A DNA stretch of 64,000 bases from a virus (taxonomy: Duplodnaviria > Caudoviricetes). Positions 56,618 through 64,000 of the stretch are shown here, piece by piece; position 1 is the stretch's first letter; every line of letters starts with the position of its first letter. Position numbers and translations under genes: made by a program. The notes below the pieces were generated by a model, which was not told the DNA's origin, ran no database searches, and worked only from the letters and a program-made list of their open reading frames with translations. The DNA is taken from IMG/VR virus record IMGVR_UViG_2524614578_000001, positions 1-64,000 of that record; one strand, given 5' to 3'.

Positions 56618-57246
56618 GTGCTCCTCTTGGCGTCGCCTCGGTCGGGTTGGCCGCTGCTGTTCCCGGAGTGGTGCACCCATGCCCATGTGCGGCGGGGGAT
56701 GTGCACGATGCGGGCACCGGCCTTGACCAGTTCAACGGTGTGTTGGAAGTCCTCGCCGTATCGCTGGCCGTCGACGAGCGCGCCCGCGGGCGGCTCCCGG
56801 AACCCGACGGCCTTGGCCAGGTCGGTGCGCTCCAGGGTGACGATGGTGGTCTGGTGCGGCCGGGCAGGGTCGAAGGCTTTCCCGAAGTGGCCGAGCGGAT
56901 CGACGTGGGGGAGGGCCGGGCCGTCGGCCGCATGCACCATGTAGTAGGAGAACAGCACGTCAGCACCCCGGTAGACGCGCGCCCCGGCGGCGAGCGTCTT
57001 CAGGTGGTCGGGGTAGAACCAGTCGTCGCTGTCGAGGTAGGCGACCCACTCCGTACGGACGGCGTCGAGGGCCCGCTGCCGTGTAGCTGCCGCACCCTGC
57101 CCGTTGAGGTCGACGGCCACGGAGACGGCCGCCGCCGGGTACGTCTGCGCCGTCACCGACTTCAGTGCCCGGTCGAGCATGCCGTTCGCCACCCGCGCCG
57201 AGTGCGTCGGGATGACGACGGTGATGTCCAGGCGAGGCGCGGTCAC
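56614..57246 (-). CDS. GT2-family glycosyltransferase
   Basis: ITVVIPT, RALKSV.AQT, WVAYLDSDD, GEDF. Confidence 0.88.
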   Translation of the reverse strand: MTAPRLDITVVIPTHSARVANGMLDRALKSVTAQTYPAAAVSVAVDLNGQGAAATRQRALDAVRTEWVAYLDSDDWFYPDHLKTLAAGARVYRGADVLFSYYMVHAADGPALPHVDPLGHFGKAFDPARPHQTTIVTLERTDLAKAVGFREPPAGALVDGQRYGEDFQHTVELVKAGARIVHIPRRTWAWVHHSGNSSGQPDRGDAKRST

Positions 57247-57661
57247 GAGCCGTCGTCCGGTCGTGTCACAAGCGGTTCGGTCTCCCACTGGTCGGGGGTG
57301 ATCTGCTCGGGCAGGTCGCCGATGATGCGCGTCCACCACTCGACGGTCTTGCCTCGCATCTCGACCTGCTTCTCGGGCGGCAGGTTGTGGATGCAGTCGC
57401 GGTGATGCAGATGCTGGCCGCCGTTCGCGGCGCGCTTCCGCAGCGCGGCGATGATCAGATCCTTGGCGTCGCTCATGGCCCGATTGCCTCCTGCCAGGCG
57501 ACACTGCCCGGCTGATGCGTCGCTGCCAGCAGCGCGATGTGGGCGGCGTTGAAGTGCGTCTGCGCGGCGGACATATGCCGGGACGCCTCGTCCGGGGTCT
57601 CGGCCTTGTCGGCTTCCCGGATGTGCTTCTCGCCTTCACGGTAGTGTTCGGGACCTGTCAT
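57243..57661 (-). other. Two small hypothetical CDSs: 57243-57476 and 57473-57661
   Basis: ATGA/GTGA overlaps within the operon. Confidence 0.6.
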
Positions 57662-58182
57662 AGTCGTGTTCCTTCCGCCCAGGCGTAGGCGTCGCCGGGG
57701 TTCGCTCGGTACTCCACCGCCACGTGGTCGAAGCGGGCCGTCAGCGCCTCGTGCAGCGTCCCGGGCGGCACGTTGCCGTACCACTCGCCGGGCAGCGGCA
57801 CAGGTCCGCCTGCGGCGCCGTGTCGCGGCCGTCCGTCCGAGGCGCAGGTGACGAACAGGAACTGCGGCCCGGCCGGGGCCAGCGCTTCGGCGCACGTCGT
57901 CAACAGTGACGGCCAGTCCTTGACGTGCTCCAGCACCTCCGTGCACACCACCACGTCGAACAGCGGGCCGTTGTCGGGCCAGGGACGGGTGCAGTCGTGC
58001 GTGATGTCCACGCCGGGACCCGGCTCGATATCCACGCCGGTCCACACAGCGTTCGGCAGCAGGCCGCGGATGGAGCCGTTGATGTCCCGGCCCCCAAGGT
58101 CGAGCACGCGCCACGGCCGGTCGAGGTCAAGGCCCGAGGCATCGAGCGCGCGGGCGAGTCCGTCGCGGGCTTCGGGGTGCAT
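57658..58182 (-). CDS. Class I SAM-dependent methyltransferase
   Basis: VLDLGGRDING, GVDI..GPGVD, FDVVVCTEVLEH. Confidence 0.88.
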   Translation of the reverse strand: MHPEARDGLARALDASGLDLDRPWRVLDLGGRDINGSIRGLLPNAVWTGVDIEPGPGVDITHDCTRPWPDNGPLFDVVVCTEVLEHVKDWPSLLTTCAEALAPAGPQFLFVTCASDGRPRHGAAGGPVPLPGEWYGNVPPGTLHEALTARFDHVAVEYRANPGDAYAWAEGTRL

Positions 58183-58874
58183 CAGTGCGGCGCCCTTCCC
58201 CACTTGGCGATGAACGTCTCCCGGTCCCGCGCCGCCTGCTCGTTCAGCTCGGGCCGGTCTCGCATCGAGCCGTTCGGGTCGCGGTGCTCGACGGCGAAGC
58301 CGGGAACCAGCAGCGCGCCGCCGCGCTCACGTGCAGTCCAGTCGAGGTCGTCGTCCGAGTAGTGCCAGACCATCGACTCGTCGAGCCGGAGATCAGCCTC
58401 ACCGCGCAGCATGTAGGCGTAGCCGGTGATGCGTTGCCGCAGGTCGACAGGCTCGGCCTTCGTGTGGAGGATCTGCTCGGTGCCGCCGCACTGGTCGGGA
58501 TAGGCGAGCACCGCCGTGGTGGCGCGCATCGCCGCAGACAGGGCGTCCACCCAGCCGGGCGGGACGACGACATCGGAGTTGAGGACGACGACGTCCCACT
58601 CCCGCGCACCGTGGCAGTAAGCCTCGTGGTCTGCCTCGTAGATCCCGATGTTCCACAGGCGGCTGATGTTCGGTGGGTCCATCTCGGCGCGCGTGACAGC
58701 GACCAATGCCCGGTCCATGGTGATCGGCCACTGGCTCATGCTGATCGCCGGGGAGGACTCGTTGTCGATGACCAACACTGTGTCGACCTGTTCGACGATT
58801 GAGTCGACGCAGTCGCGCAGCATGTCGTGGCGGTCCCGGGTCGGGACCACCGCGACACGGAAGGGCCGGTTCAC
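58182..58874 (-). CDS. GT2-family glycosyltransferase
   Basis: VVPTRDR, VIDNES, WNIG, VLNSDV, LDE...YSDDD. Confidence 0.85.
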   Translation of the reverse strand: MNRPFRVAVVPTRDRHDMLRDCVDSIVEQVDTVLVIDNESSPAISMSQWPITMDRALVAVTRAEMDPPNISRLWNIGIYEADHEAYCHGAREWDVVVLNSDVVVPPGWVDALSAAMRATTAVLAYPDQCGGTEQILHTKAEPVDLRQRITGYAYMLRGEADLRLDESMVWHYSDDDLDWTARERGGALLVPGFAVEHRDPNGSMRDRPELNEQAARDRETFIAKWGRAPH

Positions 58875-59911
58875 ACCGCCACCTCGGCGACCGTCATGCC
58901 CAGCCACTCCGGGTGCGTCAGCGTCCAGGCGACCGTCTTCTTCAACGACTCCTCCAACCCAATCGGCGCCGTCCAGCCCGTCGCGGCGAGCTTGCTGCCG
59001 TCGAGCCCGTATCGAAGATCGTGACCAGGCCGGCTGGAGTGGAAGTCGACGAGGTCCAACTGCGGCTCGTCGATGCCCAGATGCCCGGCCAGCAGCCGCA
59101 CCATCTCGACGTTGTCCACCTCCCGCTCGCCCACGATGTGGAAGCGCGACGGCCGCTCGTCCCCCGCGTTGTACGACTGCGGGGTGTGCGTGCGCAGCAG
59201 GTGCAGCCAGGCGTCGGCGAGGTTTCGGGCGTGCAGATAGAAGCGGGACCCGGGCCGAGCCTCGGGCGAGACGTGGACGGTGACGGGCTCGCGGCGAAGC
59301 AGCGCGCGGAGCGTCTTGGGGATGAACTTCTCGACGTCCTGCTGCTCGCCGACGATGTTCATCGTGTTGGTGATGACGACGGGCACGCCGTACGTCCGCC
59401 AGTACGTGAAGCACACCGCTTCCTGTGCGGCCTTGCTCGCCGAGTACGGGTTGGAGGGGGCGATGGTGTCCCACTCGCGGTGCTCGTAGCCGTCCGGTGC
59501 CGGCCCGTACACCTCGTCCGTCGACATCTGCATGACCACGGCGGGACGGGCTGTGCGGGCGTAGTCGAGAACGTTCGTCATCAGGCGGACGTTGTTCTCG
59601 ATGAACGCGCCAGGCAGCTCGATGCTGCGGTCGACGTGCGACTCGGAGGCGACGTTGAGGATGTAGTCGACGCGGCCGAACCGCGCCGCGGTGACCGGGT
59701 CGATCGGCGCGGTGAGGTCGCAGTAGATGACGTCGACCCGCTCCCACCACTCAGGGTGGTCCTCCAGCGCGGACGCGATTCGCTTCGGGACGCCTCGGTG
59801 CCGGAAGGTGACCGGCGCGGAGATCGTCCAGTCGGTGTTGGTTAGGAGGTGCCGCAGGACATGCGACCCGACGAAGCCCGAACATCCTGTGAGCAGCACA
59901 TGCTTCGTCAT
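58871..59911 (-). CDS. rmlB: dTDP-glucose 4,6-dehydratase-like NAD-dependent epimerase/dehydratase
   Basis: TGCSGFVG, ASESHVDRSI, STDEVYG, NPYSASKAA, RPGHDLRY. Confidence 0.88.
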   Translation of the reverse strand: MTKHVLLTGCSGFVGSHVLRHLLTNTDWTISAPVTFRHRGVPKRIASALEDHPEWWERVDVIYCDLTAPIDPVTAARFGRVDYILNVASESHVDRSIELPGAFIENNVRLMTNVLDYARTARPAVVMQMSTDEVYGPAPDGYEHREWDTIAPSNPYSASKAAQEAVCFTYWRTYGVPVVITNTMNIVGEQQDVEKFIPKTLRALLRREPVTVHVSPEARPGSRFYLHARNLADAWLHLLRTHTPQSYNAGDERPSRFHIVGEREVDNVEMVRLLAGHLGIDEPQLDLVDFHSSRPGHDLRYGLDGSKLAATGWTAPIGLEESLKKTVAWTLTHPEWLGMTVAEVAV

Positions 59912-60900
59912 CCGAGGATCGCTTTCTGCCAGAGGGGTGCGGTGGCGGTGATGGTGTGGCCGCGGGCTTGTTCGCGGGCGGCGGCGCCCATCTCGCGCCG
60001 GAGGTCAGGGTCGTTGACGAGGACGCGCAGGTGCTTGGCCCATTCGTGGTCGCGGTGCACGAGGAACCCGGTCTCGCCGTGGCGTACGTAGCCCTCGTAT
60101 GGGCGGACGGCGGATGCGACGACGGGGATACCGAGCGCCCCGACTTCGAGGGCTTTCAGCGCCGATTTGGCCTGGTTGAACAGGTGGGGCCGGAGCGGGG
60201 CGATGCCGACGTGGTAGTCGATGGCCCGCAGGAAGTCGTCGACACAAGGCACCCACGGCGTGGCCCGGGTCTGCGCTGGGGGGACGCGCATCCAGGAGGC
60301 GTAGTCGACGCCTATGCAGTGGAGTTCGCAGTCGGAGTTGCGGGTGAAGAAGCGGCGCAGTTCGCTGGCGGCCTGGGCGAAGTCCATCTGGTGTGTGGCG
60401 GATCCGCCCCAGCCGATGGTGAGGACGCCGTCGTCGCGGCGGGCCGGCTCGTGCTCAACGAGCCAGTCGGGGACGGCGTTCGGTACGACGTGCACGTTGC
60501 TGTTCCAGGTAGAGACGCGCTCGGCGAGGGGCTCGGTCGTGACGGTGACGGCGTGCGCAACGCGGATGTTCCGTTCCAGGTTGGCGCGGACCTCGGGGTT
60601 GGCGAAGAACCGGTGCGCGGTGGGCGAGCTGGCGTCGACGTTCCACAGGTCGTCGTCGATCTCGAACACCAGCCGGCGGCCCTGCTTGGCGAGGTGCTGC
60701 CACATGACGGTGGGGTCGGGCTTGCACACGCGCTGCCCGACGATGACCGTGTCGACGTTGTCGCGCACGGAGTTGGGCATCCGCATACTGGCCGCGGTGC
60801 GGTGGCCGAGCTCGGCCAGGCCCTGCATCGGGAGCGCGACACGGTAGGTGCCGCAACCGGTCTCGTCGGCCTGCCAGCCGAACACGTCGAGGGCGGTCAC
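59908..60900 (-). CDS. GT-B (GT4-like) glycosyltransferase
   Basis: GCGTYRV..P, FEIDDDL, IGWGGS.TH, FNQAKSALK.LE..ALGIPVVAS. Confidence 0.85.
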   Translation of the reverse strand: MTALDVFGWQADETGCGTYRVALPMQGLAELGHRTAASMRMPNSVRDNVDTVIVGQRVCKPDPTVMWQHLAKQGRRLVFEIDDDLWNVDASSPTAHRFFANPEVRANLERNIRVAHAVTVTTEPLAERVSTWNSNVHVVPNAVPDWLVEHEPARRDDGVLTIGWGGSATHQMDFAQAASELRRFFTRNSDCELHCIGVDYASWMRVPPAQTRATPWVPCVDDFLRAIDYHVGIAPLRPHLFNQAKSALKALEVGALGIPVVASAVRPYEGYVRHGETGFLVHRDHEWAKHLRVLVNDPDLRREMGAAAREQARGHTITATAPLWQKAILG

Positions 60901-61133
60901 TCGTCTTCCTCCACCCTGCGGTAACGGCCGTGCTCGATCTCCAGGGAGGCGGACAGCATGCCGACTGCGCTGATCCAGTCGAGACTTTCGGAGGTGCCTT
61001 TGACGAGGGACACGTCACCGTCGGCTTTGATGACCTTGGCCATCACCATGACATCGGTGACCATGTCGCCTTCGTCGAGGTCGAGGGTGGCGCCGAGGCT
61101 GTCGAGGAGCTGGCCCACAGACTGCGCGGTCAT
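60897..61133 (-). CDS. Small hypothetical protein
   Basis: Coupled ORF. Confidence 0.6.
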   Translation of the reverse strand: MTAQSVGQLLDSLGATLDLDEGDMVTDVMVMAKVIKADGDVSLVKGTSESLDWISAVGMLSASLEIEHGRYRRVEEDE

Positions 61134-62119
61134 CGGCGCGCCCGGCCCGTGCGTTCGGCGCGGTGGATCTCATCTCGGACGATGGCCCGGATGTTCTCCC
61201 CAGTGCCGTGTCGCACCCAGGACCGGGCGTCGTCGCGTTCCTGCCGCAGCCGGGCCAGTTCGGGTTCGACGGCGGCAAGCATGTACAGGGTGAGGCCCGG
61301 TTCGACGTTGCCCTCGCCGCTGGCCCTGTGGATGGTGACCGCTCGCTCGTGTTCGGCCTGGGCTACGAGCATCCGGTCGGCGAGCGTCGCGTCCGCCGTG
61401 GCCGTAGTGGCAGAGTCGTCGAGCTGGACGTAGCAGTCCGGGCGGTGCGTGAACCCTCCGGTCGTCGGGTCGCACTCGCCCATGCAGTCGTCGCCGGGGA
61501 ACTCCCTGTCGAACTGCTCGGCCATCGGCTTGCTGTACGCCTTGGTGACGAGTCCCATGAGCCGCGAGGCATCCTCGCTGTCGTCGCGCGGGGTGTCCGC
61601 AGCAGCGCGCAGCCGCTCGTTCTCCTCTTCCAGCGAGCGAATCTTGTGGTGAGTCTTCTCCTTGAGCGCAGCGAACTTCTCGGGCCAGTTCCCGCCCTCG
61701 TCGTCCCGCACCGGCGCCTGTTCGCAGCGCCTGGCGTACGTGTGCCCCTCCGAACACTCCCCGCCGCAGCGGTCCGCGCCGCTGGGCGTGAGGAGCTGCT
61801 CGACATGGCGCAGGGTGGCCCACATGCGGTCCCATTCGCCGAGGCCGATGCCGTACACCGCCACCTGCTTCTCAGGCTCCGGCTGCGGTTGGGTGTTCGC
61901 GCGTATCGCGCTGTCGATGAACGCCTCGGCGTTCCGTCGGGCGTACACCTCGTCGAAGTCGTGGTCGTAGTCGGATGCGTCATGGTCGTGCCGCTCGAAC
62001 GTGACGATGGCGTCGACGAGGTATTCGCGGAAGCCGGTCGCGGGTGAGGGGAACTGGCCGTTCACCGGCGGAGTCTTGCCCTGCTCGGGGGTGCTGTCGG
62101 TCGCGGGATTGCTGTTCAT
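61130..62119 (-). CDS. Hypothetical mosaic protein, first gene of the antisense operon
   Basis: GGAG RBS; two C-x-x-E-C/H segments. Confidence 0.65.
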   Translation of the reverse strand: MNSNPATDSTPEQGKTPPVNGQFPSPATGFREYLVDAIVTFERHDHDASDYDHDFDEVYARRNAEAFIDSAIRANTQPQPEPEKQVAVYGIGLGEWDRMWATLRHVEQLLTPSGADRCGGECSEGHTYARRCEQAPVRDDEGGNWPEKFAALKEKTHHKIRSLEEENERLRAAADTPRDDSEDASRLMGLVTKAYSKPMAEQFDREFPGDDCMGECDPTTGGFTHRPDCYVQLDDSATTATADATLADRMLVAQAEHERAVTIHRASGEGNVEPGLTLYMLAAVEPELARLRQERDDARSWVRHGTGENIRAIVRDEIHRAERTGRARR

Positions 62120-62268
62120 GGGGTCTCCAGTGCGGGTGGAGTGTGCGGGTTGGAGCGGCGGGGCGCACGGACCCGCACGGCCATGGGCCCCGCCGCCGGG
62201 TCGGACCGTGACCCTGAACCCAGCCTAGCCCTATGCCTGCGAATCGCAGGCTATCTAGGGTCAACGGT

Positions 62269-62299
62269 CTACGATTCGAAGGAGAAGTCATCGAATCGG
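62269..62299 (+). promoter_or_regulatory. CTACGATTC-N15-GAATCGG motif upstream of the endolysin
   Basis: Matches 35302-35332. Confidence 0.6.
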
Positions 62300-62307
62300 G
62301 AGCCCGC

Positions 62308-63237
62308 ATGGCCACACCACTCAGCGCCAACGCGATCGTCGCCGCCCTCCGCGCCGAAGGACTGACCGTCCACGAACACAGCGGCTGGCGCACCCACAAT
62401 CGCGACTCCGCCACTGGCAAGAAGTTCGGGCCCGTCCACGGCGTCCTCATCCACCACACCGCCGGACACGGCGACAAGGAACTCTGCTACCGAGGACGCT
62501 CCGACCTGCCCGGACCGCTCTGCCACTCCTGGCTCGGCAAGACCGCCGGCCTGTGGATGATCGGTCACGGCCGCGCCAACCACGCCGGCGGCGTCGACTA
62601 CGACGTACTCCAGGCGCTCATCGCGGAGAAGGCGAAGCTGCCCCCGGACAACGACACCCGGGCCGACGGCAACGACTCCCTGTACGGCCTGGAGATCGAG
62701 AACTACGGCAACGGGAAGGACCCGTACCCGGCTGCCCAATACCGGCAGGCCGTGTTGTGGGCCGCCGCACTGTGCCGCGCGCACGGCTGGACCGAGCGAA
62801 GCATCGCCGGACACAAGGAGATGCAGCCCGGGAAGATCGACCCCAGCTTCGACATGGCGGTGTTCCGCGCTGACGTGAAGAAGCAGCTCGCGTCGAAGCC
62901 CGGCGGCAAGCCGACCGTTCCCGACCCGAAGCCGACTCCCAGCAAGCCGCGCGTTGACCTGTCGAAGCTGGTGTCGGCAGCGAAGGCCGACCCGCCCGCT
63001 AAGCAGGGCCACGTCACGTACATGGCAGGCACCAACCTGGTGGAAGCCGCCCTCGTCAAGGAGAAGTTGCTCGGCAAGACCTACGCCGGGGACGGCTCCT
63101 TCGGCTCGGTGACAGTCAGGGCGTACGCCGCCTGGCAGCGCCGCCTCGGCTACAGCGGGCGGGACGCCGACGGCATCCCCGGCATGGCCTCCCTCAAGAA
63201 GCTCGGCTCGAAGCACGGCTTCGACGTCGTCGCCTGA
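62308..63237 (+). CDS. Endolysin, N-acetylmuramoyl-L-alanine amidase (Amidase_2) with a C-terminal PG-binding domain
   Basis: VLIHHTAG, GRANHAG, GLEIEN, GHKE...KIDP; DGSFG and ADGIPG. Confidence 0.92.
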   Translation: MATPLSANAIVAALRAEGLTVHEHSGWRTHNRDSATGKKFGPVHGVLIHHTAGHGDKELCYRGRSDLPGPLCHSWLGKTAGLWMIGHGRANHAGGVDYDVLQALIAEKAKLPPDNDTRADGNDSLYGLEIENYGNGKDPYPAAQYRQAVLWAAALCRAHGWTERSIAGHKEMQPGKIDPSFDMAVFRADVKKQLASKPGGKPTVPDPKPTPSKPRVDLSKLVSAAKADPPAKQGHVTYMAGTNLVEAALVKEKLLGKTYAGDGSFGSVTVRAYAAWQRRLGYSGRDADGIPGMASLKKLGSKHGFDVVA

Positions 63238-63253
63238 CGAGAACGGACCCGGC

Positions 63254-63988
63254 ATGGCCAAGTCCATCACCCCGAAGTCCCGCGAAACCGCTGCCACAGT
63301 GCAGGCGCAGGCAGAGAAGGCGCTCACACACTGGCGGTTCATCCCCGCGGTGGAGAAGAAGCACGGCCTCACCGCCAACCTGCTCCTCGCCGTCGGCAGC
63401 AGGGAGACGAACCTGCGGGACGTCGTTGGCGACGGTGGCCACGGACACGGCGTCTGGCAGATCGACGACCGCTGGCACAAGGTCCCGTCCGGCGTCGAAG
63501 CCCAAGCCGACTACGCCGCCGCACTGCTGGCCGCGAACTACAAGGCGCTGAAGTCCTGGCCGAACGCGGTCGCCGCCTACAACGCGGGCCTCACCGGTGT
63601 GAAGACGGCTCTCGCCGCAGGCAAGTCCGCGGACAGTGCGACGACCGGCGGCGACTACGCGGCGGACGTTCTCGGGTGGCAGGCCCACATGAAGGGTGTA
63701 GCCCCGCCGCGGCCCAAGAAGTGGCTCAAGGTCACCGGCTACATGCCGGAGTTGAGGCACGGCGACAGCGGCTGGTACGTGGGCTGGCTCCAGCGCAACA
63801 TCAACCGGCTGGTGGACCCGAACGTGAAGGTCACCGGCACGTACGACGACGCCACCGCCAAGGCCGTCCACGCCTTCTACAAGCAGGAGTTGAACTACAC
63901 CACGACCACCGGCGGCCGGGTGTTCGGCGCCGACGGCTGGCGGCGGGTGCTGTCTGTCGCCAAGGACTCGAAGGGCAACAACGCCTGA
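63254..63988 (+). CDS. Second lysin: lysozyme/lytic transglycosylase-like domain plus PG-binding domain
   Basis: LLAVGSRET, GHGVWQID, AAYNAG, TTGGDY; LRHGDSG..V..LQ, TGTYD..T..AV. Confidence 0.82.
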   Translation: MAKSITPKSRETAATVQAQAEKALTHWRFIPAVEKKHGLTANLLLAVGSRETNLRDVVGDGGHGHGVWQIDDRWHKVPSGVEAQADYAAALLAANYKALKSWPNAVAAYNAGLTGVKTALAAGKSADSATTGGDYAADVLGWQAHMKGVAPPRPKKWLKVTGYMPELRHGDSGWYVGWLQRNINRLVDPNVKVTGTYDDATAKAVHAFYKQELNYTTTTGGRVFGADGWRRVLSVAKDSKGNNA

Positions 63989-64000
63989 CCCCTCACAAGC

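Larger units (their letters stand above)
1..63988. mobile_element. Temperate siphovirus prophage of an actinomycete (Streptomyces-like) host, near complete
   Basis: Integrase, repressor/cro, replication, terminase, portal, capsid, tail, tape measure and lysin genes in canonical lambdoid order; high GC; WhiB and TraB genes point to Streptomyces. Confidence 0.95.

Noticed and set aside
1-64000. tRNA/rRNA genes, attL/attR, holin
   Set aside because: None recognised by eye. The window starts at the integrase stop and ends just after the lysins, so the att sites and holin probably lie outside it; tRNAscan was not run.

Overview
A GC-rich, Streptomyces-type temperate siphophage (prophage), nearly complete. 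The integrase stop codon sits at base 1, the lysins end at 63988, and no att sites or holin are visible in the window. Order: tyrosine integrase and immunity switch (1-2.8 kb); early recombination, replication and regulation genes (RecE-like, SSAP, HNH, DnaQ-like, RusA-like, two WhiB, replication initiator, C5 methyltransferase, DnaN; 2.8-17 kb); a Mom-like/SLOG/NDT trio (17.6-19.1 kb); head and tail genes (35.4-56.4 kb); an antisense glycosylation cassette (56.4-62.1 kb); two lysins. The most striking feature lies between the early and late genes: an ~11 kb Streptomyces conjugation module. It carries a Kor-like GntR pair, a second Xis-like gene, small membrane/Spd-like genes, TraA and a TraB FtsK translocase flanked on both sides by phased TGACACC repeats (candidate clt). 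No integrase or Rep of its own was recognised, so the phage itself may be conjugative. Also found: a gene nested in the +1 frame of the methyltransferase, a dispersed CCTGTGACTG motif, a shared late-promoter-like motif, and a repeat-bounded cassette ORF. All product calls come from reading motifs and synteny by eye; no database searches were run.
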